This document shows positions 47,401 to 57,490 of a stretch of 64,000 bases of DNA, in pieces. The position numbers and the translations under genes are program-made. The DNA comes from a virus (lineage: Duplodnaviria; Caudoviricetes): the IMG/VR virus record IMGVR_UViG_3300028048_000042; one strand, given 5' to 3'. The notes below the pieces were generated by a model that was not told the origin of the DNA, searched no databases, and was given only the letters and a program-made list of their open reading frames with translations. Within the stretch, counting starts at the first letter, position 1. Each line of letters starts with the position of its first letter.

Positions 47401-50214
47401 TTAATTGCAGGTGTAGGAGGACTTTTAAATTCACCAATAGGTAAGTTTGTTGGAGATTCATTCGCGAAGCATCCTTTTTTGACTATGGCTAGTGTTATGG
47501 GCGTATACAAATTAGGCAAATACGGTCTTGGTCAAGTGGGAAAAACTGCCAAAGCAGGTAAAATGAGTTTGCCGATGTTTTTGGCGTTAGGCACAACAGG
47601 TTTAATGTCTGCTTTAGTGACAAATGATTATTTGACAGAAAATTTAAAAGCTGAACAAGATGTTACGGATTCAGGTTACGAAGACCCTGCAACTGTATTA
47701 GTACGTATGTTCAATAATGGTACAGCAACAGCTAATATTATTTTTGACAAAGATACAAAAGATGCACAAGAAAATCTTATATGGAGAGCCACAATGGGGT
47801 TGCTTCTAGCAGGTGCTCCATATTTGGCTTATAGATTTGCTTCTCGATTTATGAGGTCAAATCCAAAAAGTGCAAGAAAATTCGATGTATCACAATTAAA
47901 AGAACGTCTAAAGTCTAGGTTAAAACAACTTACTCCCCAACAAAAAAAAGAACTTCAACAATACAAAGAACAAATGATAAGGTGGAGAAATAAGCAAAAT
48001 AGACGAGCACAAGAAATTTATAATACAATGCTAGAAGCACACAGAAAACGTGTTGCAGAAATTATTGCAATTAATGAATATAATGCAAAGGTTAGAGCAA
48101 AAAATAAGGAAATTATCGAAACAAGAATTAGAAGATTAAAAAGATTAAGGCAGTTAAGAAGAAAATCAGGAAAATATTTTAAATTAAGGAATAGAATGCG
48201 TTCTCTTCGAGGTGGATTAAAAGATTTCGGACTTAATTTGCTCGTTTCTTATGGTATTGATTTACTTACAGGTGAAAACCCTGAATCTGTCACTGATGAA
48301 ATTGGCGATTTGGCGTTAGATGCAGGGGCAATGACTGTGCTTTCAAGGAAATTTGGATTAAAAGGTGCGATTGCAGCTCCTTTTGTAACAGCAGGTGTAA
48401 AATCATTCTTGGGAGGTAAAAAAGCAGAAGCATCTCCATTACATAATGATTATTGGCCTTCAAAACCTGAAACACAAGGTACACATAATCCTGCCGAAAG
48501 TCAACGAGAAGAGGAAATGTTAAATTATCAGCAGGAAATGGCAAGGCAAATGAGTATTAATGGCTCATTTTATCGTCAATCTGATGATTGGGATGATATT
48601 TCAGAGAAAATTGGTAAAAGCAATGATGAATTAAAACAAGAAGTAAGAGAATCTTTAGGTAGACATGGTGTTAAATGGGATGAATTATCTGATTATGAAA
48701 AAAGAATATGGACTGACTCATTTAATAAATATCAAGAAATAATGGGCGATTATTTAAAAGCTATTGAACAAGCTACTAAATTAGTTTTGGCTATAAAATC
48801 TTCAAGTTTTAATTCTCAAAGCTATGACCCTGCTGGTTCAGGTAATAATGTATTTAATGCAAAGGTTGTTTATGAAAGATTGAAAGCGGCAGGTTATAGT
48901 GAAGAAGCAACTATTGGTATTATGGCTCGTTTAATGGGCGAACATCACTTCCAAACATCTGATGTTCCTCTCTATGAACCAGGTGGCGGTCTTGGTACTT
49001 GCGGTGGTTTGGGTATTATGCAATGGCAGGGTGAACGTAGAGAAAGATTGATGAAAAATCCCAATTACTTAGATATTGGTGTTCAAGTTGACTTTATGAT
49101 TGATGAAATGAAACAAAAAGGATATGGGCCTGATAAAATGAATCAATATAATGCTAGTGAAGCAGCATATTGGTTTACTAAAGATGTTGAAATCGGTAAT
49201 TTTACAACTGAACAAGAAAATATTGCATCAATCAGAGCATTAAGAGCAAGTAATTTTTCAGGCGCACAACAAACAAAGAAACCCCCTTCAAGTTTTTTAG
49301 GCGGTGGGGGAGGAATAAGATGGCAATCACAGTTTGAAAATGGTGGTAGTGATAGATGGTGTACATCTGCTGCTTTTGGTATGTTATACAATTCATTGCA
49401 TGGTACAACTTATGATGTTAATTATATTCATGCTAATATTTGGAATGGTAATTCACATAGTGTAGATAATATATTGTCAGAGCTTGGATTGCAAGGAAGT
49501 GTTTTGTATGGTAAAGCAGGCTTAGATGCTGCTTTACAAAAAGGAACACCGACATATATGTATTTTCAGGATGATGCTTATAATGCAAAAGTAAATTCAG
49601 GTACTGGAACACACGCAGTAATTATTCAAGCTAATGGTCAAGGAGGATTTACATATTATAACCCTGCAAGGACAAGTGAAAGTGAAGGTATAGGAACAAT
49701 TTCTTACGAAGAATTGGCAAATACAATTAGTGGTAGAACTGAATTCCTTGTACCTGATTCCTTTAATAGTAAATATAGTGGTAAGTTTAATGTTAAGTTG
49801 CCACAGCTCAAACCATACAAGCCAAAAACAATAAAAGAAAATTTCGAAGATAGCATTAAAGCGTATCAAAAAGCAATTGGGTTTGATGGTAAAAAAACTA
49901 TTAAGGGAAGAATTATTAATGGTATGTATGTTGACCCTAATCAAAAATTTGTTTCAATTGAAGATGAAATTAAGAAATTGAAAAAAGATTATGGAGTTTC
50001 ATCAAGCGATGTTACTGCTGCTGAAAGTGAAAAAGCTGTAAAAGATGCTACGAAAGCTAGTTTAGAACAAGCAAAAAAAGTTGCTGATAAAAATTGGGCA
50101 GATGTACAGGCTGCAAGAGAAGCCCAAGGCATTCGAATTAATTCCCTTATCCAAAAGGTCAAAGCCTTGTTAAAAAAATATTTTGATAATGTTGAAATAA
50201 GAAGTGATATTTGA
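44452..50214 (+). CDS. Tape-measure-like protein 2 with phage tail lysozyme and C39-like peptidase domains
   Basis: NAKVVYERLKAAGYSEEATIGIMARLMGE...GLGIMQW.G.RR..L...QVDFMIDE (Phage_lysozyme2-like); WQSQ...WCTSAA...THAV...YYNPA. Confidence 0.8.
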   Translation: MATLQTAFQKYATNTVNKQIKSSISDVKSAIKKLEKVRKTSIKDKQELLTEVEKYIANLRTCLTELKKLDEVDFSNAKIKHQVAQKDALEQLRNYENAISKYNISVLTLADSLNIDKTSMQALHEACIAPMGVSMWQELLASVSLATTKNFSQGQLAYEENYRKTLSASIGDIAYDMYLPTAQYNPIGGITTQADIEETVKKALDPFIEAQNRIIENAKDFENQKQGKEQLATKQRLAFLTELSQTIQQQYQTGTITTDSRQKANKLLQMMEDFNNNLDKAIMVDITLSEGQMSELNREFINCTEKQKQLKDYIEKFDKQILKNSTEKIQSLDSINKAIIDTIESLTTSYLVLMDNNIGDITDLSPVLNSYAKYFSQIGQGGEVTQGIENAMRNTYYNTKLGNAFSSGNLQKAYLGLNTIDRTGYENRFSTYNNETLRNKIQQGIYLNEQFRNDYKDFGEVGYNGITVQHAQSTLVPIASQSADVHIDLLKNSQQNILLTQKDKETRQYIVNSAKKIVEDIDKLLYSFDSLEEKPKAYEGLKKQKIELEEEIEKIENMGSSFDKLKKFLQTLNSMKNKMIGGLGAIFGAMGIGQLFHPLQMLGEIINQMNEMGRLRYQTSMADFSAGHSMNVGLNEYMSYTLPKYYYDLSYGQIDRTKPLAMYKGLIKNVGGHYGANTTNDLSWMASQIVADSELFDLGDGEIFAFLKTFYKDMGDSATEAMQKLRSLETFAQLYNIPMEKMLSLINGMTEGMRSLGVSSRVVLNSVTGLVRMNKMRIEDAADLVQSTATNADKMSKDWSRSIFWGMMSQINKGEHMDDLFDLVLDGYKSHFADGSVNEKYYDSMVDRLFAESEYFGTRWGSDQDMNDTDMGSHLLDQGYNLKQTAEIIQLKKEGKLDELKKKLKAYDEYKDPLAPAEKTKEFAGQIKTIAEQLAETTKLQATLNSKLNEIAHIIDEKLGPTLEKGRGFIHAMLKKYGNAMAGLIAGVGGLLNSPIGKFVGDSFAKHPFLTMASVMGVYKLGKYGLGQVGKTAKAGKMSLPMFLALGTTGLMSALVTNDYLTENLKAEQDVTDSGYEDPATVLVRMFNNGTATANIIFDKDTKDAQENLIWRATMGLLLAGAPYLAYRFASRFMRSNPKSARKFDVSQLKERLKSRLKQLTPQQKKELQQYKEQMIRWRNKQNRRAQEIYNTMLEAHRKRVAEIIAINEYNAKVRAKNKEIIETRIRRLKRLRQLRRKSGKYFKLRNRMRSLRGGLKDFGLNLLVSYGIDLLTGENPESVTDEIGDLALDAGAMTVLSRKFGLKGAIAAPFVTAGVKSFLGGKKAEASPLHNDYWPSKPETQGTHNPAESQREEEMLNYQQEMARQMSINGSFYRQSDDWDDISEKIGKSNDELKQEVRESLGRHGVKWDELSDYEKRIWTDSFNKYQEIMGDYLKAIEQATKLVLAIKSSSFNSQSYDPAGSGNNVFNAKVVYERLKAAGYSEEATIGIMARLMGEHHFQTSDVPLYEPGGGLGTCGGLGIMQWQGERRERLMKNPNYLDIGVQVDFMIDEMKQKGYGPDKMNQYNASEAAYWFTKDVEIGNFTTEQENIASIRALRASNFSGAQQTKKPPSSFLGGGGGIRWQSQFENGGSDRWCTSAAFGMLYNSLHGTTYDVNYIHANIWNGNSHSVDNILSELGLQGSVLYGKAGLDAALQKGTPTYMYFQDDAYNAKVNSGTGTHAVIIQANGQGGFTYYNPARTSESEGIGTISYEELANTISGRTEFLVPDSFNSKYSGKFNVKLPQLKPYKPKTIKENFEDSIKAYQKAIGFDGKKTIKGRIINGMYVDPNQKFVSIEDEIKKLKKDYGVSSSDVTAAESEKAVKDATKASLEQAKKVADKNWADVQAAREAQGIRINSLIQKVKALLKKYFDNVEIRSDI

Positions 50215-50275
50215 CTGTAATTAAATTATTGTTAGAGTAGAAGATTAAAAATTATACCGAAAGGAAGATTATATA

Positions 50276-50713
50276 ATGGCAAAGAAAAAGTCTGATAAAC
50301 TTGTTGCTGATTTACTTGCGGATTTGATTGAAAGTCCACAGGATATTGATTATGTAGAATTGTTTGATAAGAAGTGGGGTTTTCGTCAGATTACAACAAA
50401 AGACCATTTGGGAGTTTTGAAGAAAACACAGGCTCTTAATAAAGATGAAGCTGCTCGTGTTTTTGGTATTACTCTTGAATATTTACGCAATGCACTTGTC
50501 AGTGTCGAAGGTATTATCCTTACTGATGAACAGAAATCTCAGTTGCTTGAAAATATTTCTCCTGCAATGCTGAACGCTTTGTTCTTTGAATTTGAAAAAG
50601 TTTCAAGACGAAAAGCTGATGAACGAATTGAATCCGAAAAGGCAGAAGAAACAGAATCTGATGAAGATGAAGCTGATGAAAAAACAACTAGCAACAATGT
50701 AATTGATGCCTAA
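50276..50713 (+). CDS. Tail assembly chaperone (short G-like paralog)
   Basis: KKWGFRQIT...LEYLRNALVSVEG...MLNALFFEF aligns with the N-terminus of 37281 ORF. Confidence 0.6.
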   Translation: MAKKKSDKLVADLLADLIESPQDIDYVELFDKKWGFRQITTKDHLGVLKKTQALNKDEAARVFGITLEYLRNALVSVEGIILTDEQKSQLLENISPAMLNALFFEFEKVSRRKADERIESEKAEETESDEDEADEKTTSNNVIDA

Positions 50714-50721
50714 AAAAAATG

Positions 50722-50750
50722 AAAGCAAGTGGTTAAACCACTTGCTTTTT
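50722..50750 (+). terminator. Rho-independent terminator
   Basis: AAAGCAAGTGG-TTAAA-CCACTTGCTTTTT. Confidence 0.8.
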
Positions 50751-50796
50751 CTATTGTTTAGTTGTAGAGATTTTTTGTGTTTAGGATGGTGAAATA

Positions 50797-53700
50797 ATGT
50801 CAACAATTGATGAAATTCAATCAAACATTCAAGAAGAAGACCAAGAATTGTTTGATACACTGCAAAGTGTTTTTACTTTAAAAAGTGATATAACAAAAAT
50901 TATTGAAAATAAAAATAATCAATTTTTGCAATTAAAAGAAATGTTGGAATCAATTGCTGATTATGTTAAACAGGAGCAACATTTACGTCAAGTTATTGCA
51001 GAAAAAAAAGTTAATGATTTAGATGAAATTCAACGGATATTTAATGCTCAAAATGAAGCTATGTCCGAATTATATCATGGTTATTATAAGGCTAAAGAAG
51101 AAAGCGACCAAAAATTAGAAGGTTTTATAAGCGATTTAGCGGAGGTTATTGGAGGTCTTACTTCAGCCCATAATCAATTGATAGATGTTGTGAAAAGAGA
51201 TTATCCAAATTTTGGAAATCAAATTAAATTCGTTTCAGCACAACATAAAAAAATAATTGATGCAATTAAAAAAGTATATAATCAAGAAAGACAAAGAACA
51301 ACTGAACAAACACAAAAAATAGATGAATTCATACAGCAGACTCAGCAAGTAAAAGAAAGTGAATCTCTCTCTAATATTAACCGTTCTGTTACGCAGCGAT
51401 TAAATGCTTTGATTAATAAGATTGTTTCAGATAACGAAATATTATTAACCAAAGGCACTTTTGTTAAAAATAATAATCGTGAATATTATCGTGTAAAGGA
51501 TGCAATGGAAGAAATTACACGAAAGCTTAAATATTCTCGTGAGTTGGGGGACGAAGAAAATTATTCAGATAGTTTATCTAAATTGTTAATAAACACGAAA
51601 CAAATTGTTACTATAATGTCGGAAGATTTTAATAATTGGAAAGATTTAAAATATGAGGACATTGCAGGATTTAACAAAAAGATAGATAAATATGATGGAC
51701 TGTCTGCATTAAATCAAGAGATTTTAAATGAATTGAATCCTGATAAATTTAAAGATGAATTTGCAGGGTTTAATGAAGTGATGCGAAATGCACAAAAAAT
51801 CTCAAATGAAAAATTAAAACAATTCATAAGTGATGGAATTAATTCGTATAGACAAAATCCTTTAGGCAAATTTGATTATATTAATGGTAATAGAGGTCTT
51901 ATAGATAGGACAAAAAAAGTTGCCAATCATGTAGATTATCAATCTTTGCATGACCCTGCACATATGAATTTTGCAAGAGCAAGAGCAGGGTATACGAATG
52001 TACTAAATTCAATCCATGAAGAACATTTAGAGGTTGCACAAAGAAGAGCACAATATGCAGGCACTGATAAAAATAGGGATGCTATTATTAATCAGGAAAT
52101 GCAAAAGTTGACTAGGGAAGATTTTAAAAACGGTAGATATACACAACCACTTATAGATTATAATGATAATTTGTTAAAATCTGCCAAGTTAGAAAAAAAA
52201 TCTTCAAAAGAAACCTCTAAAAATTTAGAAGAAGCAATCAAAACTACATATAGTCAAATTTATGCAATTTCGCATTTTGACCCTCAGAGTAAACTACTTG
52301 ATAAACTACGCTCTCAATGCAAAATGTTAGAAGATACAAAGAGAGATGTGGACGCAACACTAAAAGATAAAAAGACAATTCAGCTAAAAGATTTTCTAAA
52401 AAATCCATTGAAAGCAGCAGGATTAGGTACGCTTTTAACGTTGTTAGGTGCAGGAGGATTATTTTCTTTCAATAAATGGAAGAATATGATTAAGAGTCAG
52501 GCTGACAAGTCAGGGCAATTAATGTACAACAACTATCTGATAAATGCTAGTGCAGGTCTACCAATGGGTTATGGAGCATTAGACAGGGTATATAATCAAG
52601 GACGTACATTATATGCTATATCTAATGGCATGGTAGGATTTGAAGCTCCAACAAAAATGTATCATTCGCTAATCAAAAGAGTTGGTGGTGGTATGTATGG
52701 TGGAGCAAAAGACCCACAAGGCTTGTCAGCTATGGCAAAATACATGACATTACCTGCGCAATTATATGATATAAACGAAAACACTTTGGCTGATTTTGCG
52801 AATAGTATGTATAAAACCAACAAAATGAGTTCCCAAGATACATTAGATACACTCAATAGAGTAATGAATGATGCAAAAAGAGCAAATGTACCAATGGAGA
52901 AATATATTAAATTAATTTCTTCGATGGCAACTCAAATGAGACATTTGGGATATAATGGTAGACACGCTGTTGGTATTATGACGCATATGATTAATAGAGG
53001 TATGCGTGTAGAAGATGCTCATGCGATGCAAACATCCATTTTAGGTGTACAGACGAACTATTCTAAGAATAAAAGTAATGCTGTATATGCAGTTATGACA
53101 GGTCAAGCAGGCAACATGTGGGCAGGTATACTAATGAATTTGAAAACGCATGATGCTAATGGCGACCCAATAGGGAATCGCCAAAAAATGATTGGTCAGC
53201 AGATGAAAGCCGAATTAGGATTTTATCAATTTGGGTTTAGTGAAAATCCTGAAATGCAAAGATTTTTGATGGCACAAAAACTGCAAATGATGGGTTTTGA
53301 TAGACAGCGTATTGCACAATTAACAGACACTGCAATTTCAGGTAGTGATGAAGATTTAGGCAAATTACTTGAAGGTTTTGAAGAAGAAGACATAGCCAAG
53401 ACAGAAAAAGCAGCAGACGGATTAAAACGAATGGCAGCAGAATTAAAAACTGTTGGAGCACAAGTAAGCCATTGGCAAAAGATGAAAACCGATATGACTG
53501 TTGCAGCAAATAAAATAGCAGAGAGTTTGGGAAGTCATCATGCCGCAATGCAAGAATTGTCTGAAATGATTCACAATCAAATTAAAAATTTAACACCTGA
53601 GTACACAGAATTTATCAAAAAAATCGGTGAATTACCTGATAAGATAAAGAAATTTAAGGAAGAACATGGTGAATTAACAAGCTTTATATTAGCCCATCCT

Positions 53701-56700
53701 GTGCTTGCACTTGCAGGAGTATTAGGCGGTACATATTTAGGGTATCGTGGACTAAAAGCTTTGGGCAAGAAAGCATTTAGCCATTGGAATGACCCTAAAA
53801 CAGGTAATTCTTCTTCAAATAATGCTAAAAGTAATAAGAAATCATCTTCAAAAGGCGGTGGAAAAAACTCTTGGTGGAATAAAGCTAAGAATGGTGCAAA
53901 AAAAGCGAAGGGTTTGTTTGGCAAAGGTAAACTAGGATTTCTTGGTGGCTTGGCAACAACCTTATTATTAGGTAATGATATTGCTAATGCTAGTGCTCTT
54001 GATAATTATGAAGAGGAAGATTTAGAAGATAAAACTGAGGATGAACTCTCAGTAAAATTCCTTCAGATGTTTGCTACAGGTGAAGCAAAAGCAAGGTTAA
54101 GGAAATCAGATGGTTCACCGATGGAAATTTATGGTGAAACAGCAATGCAAACTTGGTTGCGAAATGAAATTGGTATGTCTGCGCAAGGGTTGATTAGTGG
54201 AGGAATATTTAGTGCTATATTGTTGAAGAAATTGTATGATTTGATAAAACGAAAATATTCCAAACTAAAAAAATTTCCAAAATTACCCCCATTACCCCCA
54301 TTACCTATGAAGGAAAAACTTTTGAGTGGAGTAGAGTCTGTCAAAGATAAATTATCAATGGGAGAATTAGGCTCTATTTTAAAGAATGAAGTAAAAAGTA
54401 GTTCACCGAGTATAGGTATTGATGGAGGAAAAGGTAAATTTGGTTCTACGTTAAAGAATACTGCAAAATGGTCAGGTGCATTTAATTTAATATCTGAATT
54501 TATGGACACTGATTCTCCATATACCACAAGTCAAAAAATTGCAAGAGCAGGTATTGATACAGCAATTGATACACCGATTTATGCGGTAGCTTCAAAAATC
54601 AGTCCGTGGCTTGCTTTAGGATTACCTATAGCTAGTTGGGGAATTGGTAAAATAACAGGCACAGACCCATTAGCGTGGATGCATGAAAAAGCGAAATCAT
54701 ATTTTGGATTATCTAGCGAATTGGATAAATATAACGCTCAATTCTTAGAAACATTGTTTAATGATACAGAAATGGATGCGGATAGTTTCCTAGAATTATG
54801 TGAAAAAAAAGATGAACAAGGGAAGTTAATCAAAGAATACATGAAAAAAAATGGTGTAGACTTTGATAGCATGACCGAAGTAGAAAAGAAAATTTTTGCT
54901 GAAGAAATTAAGAGTTTAGGAAATGCTACAGCTACGTTGGCACAAATTATGGCATTAGCAATAATAGCAGCAAAAGAAGCACAAAAAAGGCGCAAAAACC
55001 CAAATCATAACGGTAAAAAATTAAAACCTTGGGTTGAAAAAACCATAGAAGATTGGGCAAATAGTGCTTTTGATGATAATGATAACATTAAATGGGGCGA
55101 AGCATTAGTAGGTATTGAATGGTTGATTAAAAAGAATTATGAAATAGTTCAAAACCCTGATGCAAGTGATGAAGAAAAACAAAAAGCACAAGACCTTTTA
55201 GGTACATTGTTTAATATGCGTGCAGTTGCCAAATATAAAATTGGTGGAGAAGACCATGATGAAGTTGTAAACGAAATGGTAACAGGTGCGAATGAATCTT
55301 ATGCAGATTGGATAGCAAGCGGTCAGGCAACTAAAAAATTACCTGCTAATATGCAAATTGTATTAAATGATGGATATAAGGCAAGTATTCAAAAAACAGT
55401 AGATAGTTTAGATTGGGGCTTTGTAAAAAAAACAATGGAAGGTTCTGAATTTAGTTTTGAAGACTATTTTGATGAATATATTGCTGATTATATGGGGCAA
55501 TGGAGTGGAGATTTTTTCAATAATAAAGACTTGGTTAAACAAGCATATATCGAAGCAAAATCTCAAAAAATACTTGAAGAAGCTAATCCTGACCAAGTAG
55601 AAGATGTAGGTGCGGACTCCCCATTACCTGAAATAACAAATCCTATTGATTCAGAGGGTAACGAAGGAACTATTAATGGTATGACTGTATATCGACAGTT
55701 TGACCCTCGTTGGGCTGACAATGTTATTGCAGGTAGCAGCACAATGCGCGAAGCAGGGTGTGGCCCTACATCATTTGCTATGGTTGCTTCTGCACATGGC
55801 TCACATTATAGCCCTTGGCAAATTGCACAAATATTTGCACAAAGAGGAATTTATATTCCTGATGTAGGTAGTGATGCAAGTAAATATCCTGAGTTAGCAA
55901 GAGAAATGGGTTTTGAGCTTATACCGACAAAAGACAAAGATTATGTAAAACAGATGTTAGCATCAGGACACCGTGTAGTTGCAGCGCATGGCAGAGGTAA
56001 GTTTACAAAAAGAGGACACCACATGGTATATGCAGGATTAAATCAAAATGGTAAATTGTTAATTGCAAATCCAGGTCGTGATGAATCTGTATATACAGAA
56101 TATGATGTAGACGAAGTATTAAATGATGCAGGTGGTGATATAGATTGGTATGTAGATACAGGTGAAGGTACAGTTATAGATGGAGCTTTGGGTAATTTAA
56201 ATTTGGGTAATTTAAATTTAAGCGGTTTAGCTTCATACAAACCACTTACGATTAAAGAAGCACACGAACAAAGTGTTGCGGCATACCAAAAAGCAATAGG
56301 ATTTAGTGATAAAAATGCAGTACAAGGTCGAATAATCAATGGTATGTATGTAGACCCAAATCAGTCATTTGTTTCTATTGAGGAATTAAAAAAACGAATA
56401 ATTGCAGAAAGAAATGGCGAAATCTACCAATCAAAAGAATTGGAAAAACCACCTTCTGAAAAAGAAATTAAAGATAGTGGAGAAGATGCTGCAAATAAAT
56501 CTGTTCAAAGAGAATCAGAAAAAAAAGCAAAAGAAGCTGAAGAAAAACGTAGAGTTTTACAATTAGCTATTCAAAAGCAGAAACAACAAGAAGAGCAAGA
56601 AAAGGCAAAAGAAGCTGATGTAGCACATCTAAATGTATATGGTGAATTAAAAAAAGGTATGAGTATGGCTGATTTTCATCGAGAATTGGAAGAAATATTA

Positions 56701-56748
56701 TCATCAATGAATTTTGACCCTGATACTGCAATTGTAGATTTTGATTGA
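50797..56748 (+). CDS. Tape-measure-like protein 3 with C39-like (Peptidase_C39_2) domain
   Basis: YRQFDPRW...AGCGPTSFAMV...GKFTKRGHHMV...IANPG; shares its core with proteins 1 and 2. Confidence 0.8.
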   Translation: MSTIDEIQSNIQEEDQELFDTLQSVFTLKSDITKIIENKNNQFLQLKEMLESIADYVKQEQHLRQVIAEKKVNDLDEIQRIFNAQNEAMSELYHGYYKAKEESDQKLEGFISDLAEVIGGLTSAHNQLIDVVKRDYPNFGNQIKFVSAQHKKIIDAIKKVYNQERQRTTEQTQKIDEFIQQTQQVKESESLSNINRSVTQRLNALINKIVSDNEILLTKGTFVKNNNREYYRVKDAMEEITRKLKYSRELGDEENYSDSLSKLLINTKQIVTIMSEDFNNWKDLKYEDIAGFNKKIDKYDGLSALNQEILNELNPDKFKDEFAGFNEVMRNAQKISNEKLKQFISDGINSYRQNPLGKFDYINGNRGLIDRTKKVANHVDYQSLHDPAHMNFARARAGYTNVLNSIHEEHLEVAQRRAQYAGTDKNRDAIINQEMQKLTREDFKNGRYTQPLIDYNDNLLKSAKLEKKSSKETSKNLEEAIKTTYSQIYAISHFDPQSKLLDKLRSQCKMLEDTKRDVDATLKDKKTIQLKDFLKNPLKAAGLGTLLTLLGAGGLFSFNKWKNMIKSQADKSGQLMYNNYLINASAGLPMGYGALDRVYNQGRTLYAISNGMVGFEAPTKMYHSLIKRVGGGMYGGAKDPQGLSAMAKYMTLPAQLYDINENTLADFANSMYKTNKMSSQDTLDTLNRVMNDAKRANVPMEKYIKLISSMATQMRHLGYNGRHAVGIMTHMINRGMRVEDAHAMQTSILGVQTNYSKNKSNAVYAVMTGQAGNMWAGILMNLKTHDANGDPIGNRQKMIGQQMKAELGFYQFGFSENPEMQRFLMAQKLQMMGFDRQRIAQLTDTAISGSDEDLGKLLEGFEEEDIAKTEKAADGLKRMAAELKTVGAQVSHWQKMKTDMTVAANKIAESLGSHHAAMQELSEMIHNQIKNLTPEYTEFIKKIGELPDKIKKFKEEHGELTSFILAHPVLALAGVLGGTYLGYRGLKALGKKAFSHWNDPKTGNSSSNNAKSNKKSSSKGGGKNSWWNKAKNGAKKAKGLFGKGKLGFLGGLATTLLLGNDIANASALDNYEEEDLEDKTEDELSVKFLQMFATGEAKARLRKSDGSPMEIYGETAMQTWLRNEIGMSAQGLISGGIFSAILLKKLYDLIKRKYSKLKKFPKLPPLPPLPMKEKLLSGVESVKDKLSMGELGSILKNEVKSSSPSIGIDGGKGKFGSTLKNTAKWSGAFNLISEFMDTDSPYTTSQKIARAGIDTAIDTPIYAVASKISPWLALGLPIASWGIGKITGTDPLAWMHEKAKSYFGLSSELDKYNAQFLETLFNDTEMDADSFLELCEKKDEQGKLIKEYMKKNGVDFDSMTEVEKKIFAEEIKSLGNATATLAQIMALAIIAAKEAQKRRKNPNHNGKKLKPWVEKTIEDWANSAFDDNDNIKWGEALVGIEWLIKKNYEIVQNPDASDEEKQKAQDLLGTLFNMRAVAKYKIGGEDHDEVVNEMVTGANESYADWIASGQATKKLPANMQIVLNDGYKASIQKTVDSLDWGFVKKTMEGSEFSFEDYFDEYIADYMGQWSGDFFNNKDLVKQAYIEAKSQKILEEANPDQVEDVGADSPLPEITNPIDSEGNEGTINGMTVYRQFDPRWADNVIAGSSTMREAGCGPTSFAMVASAHGSHYSPWQIAQIFAQRGIYIPDVGSDASKYPELAREMGFELIPTKDKDYVKQMLASGHRVVAAHGRGKFTKRGHHMVYAGLNQNGKLLIANPGRDESVYTEYDVDEVLNDAGGDIDWYVDTGEGTVIDGALGNLNLGNLNLSGLASYKPLTIKEAHEQSVAAYQKAIGFSDKNAVQGRIINGMYVDPNQSFVSIEELKKRIIAERNGEIYQSKELEKPPSEKEIKDSGEDAANKSVQRESEKKAKEAEEKRRVLQLAIQKQKQQEEQEKAKEADVAHLNVYGELKKGMSMADFHRELEEILSSMNFDPDTAIVDFD

Positions 56749-56752
56749 TGTG

Positions 56753-56784
56753 AAAACACTCCTTAATTTAAAAGGAGTGTTTTT
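56753..56784 (+). terminator. Rho-independent terminator
   Basis: AAAACACTCCTT-AATTTAA-AAGGAGTGTTTTT. Confidence 0.8.
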
Positions 56785-56822
56785 AATTTTCTTAGTATAG
56801 AGTTTGTTTATATAGTTTATAG

Positions 56823-56871
56823 AAAAATAAAGCAAAATATAGAAATATTTTCTATATTTTGCTTTATTTTT
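56823..56871. repeat. 23-bp perfect inverted repeat at the IS left end
   Basis: AAAAATAAAGCAAAATATAGAAA-TAT-TTTCTATATTTTGCTTTATTTTT. Confidence 0.85.
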
Positions 56872-56893
56872 ATTTTTGAAGGAGTGATTTGTA

Positions 56894-57454
56894 TTGAAAC
56901 TTAGCGAATATGCAAAAAAGAATAATGTTACTTATCGTACTGCATGGAATCATTTTAAAAATGGTAAAATTTCCAATGCACAACAGTTACCTTCAGGTAC
57001 TATTGTAATTTCAGAAGAACTATCAAAAAAACCTGAATATACAGTTATTTATGCTAGAGTGTCTTCTTCGGAGAATAAAGGCAATCTTGATTCTCAAGTA
57101 GAAAGATTACAAAATTTCTGTATTGCAAATGGTTGGATAGTAAATGAAGTAGTAAAAGAATGCGCTAGTGGATTAAATGACGAGCGTCCAAAATTGACAA
57201 AAATTTTTAAAGAAAGGAAAGCTACTAGATTAGTTGTTGAACATAAAGATAGATTAACTAGATTTGGATTTAATTATATTAAAGAACTTTTTAATGATTG
57301 TGAAATCATTGTTGTTAATGAATGTGAGGATAAACAGGATTTGTTTGAAGATTTTGTTTCGCTAGTAACAAGTTTTTGTGCAAGAATATATGGTAGACGA
57401 AGAACAAAGAGAAAAACGGAACAAATTATAAAACAATTGAAAGAAGAAAATTAA
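56894..57454 (+). CDS. tnpA: IS607 transposase (MerR-like HTH + serine recombinase)
   Basis: MKLSEYAKK..VTYRTAW, IYARVSS, SGLN..R, VEHKDRLTRFG, FCARIYG.R. Confidence 0.92.
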   Translation: MKLSEYAKKNNVTYRTAWNHFKNGKISNAQQLPSGTIVISEELSKKPEYTVIYARVSSSENKGNLDSQVERLQNFCIANGWIVNEVVKECASGLNDERPKLTKIFKERKATRLVVEHKDRLTRFGFNYIKELFNDCEIIVVNECEDKQDLFEDFVSLVTSFCARIYGRRRTKRKTEQIIKQLKEEN

Positions 57455-57490
57455 GATGTAAAAATTTTTAATTAAAGGAGGTGAATTAAA

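Noticed and set aside
56750-56893. IStron (group I intron-IS607 chimera)
   Set aside because: Only ~140 nt of AT-rich sequence precedes tnpA, too short for an intron core, and no host gene is interrupted
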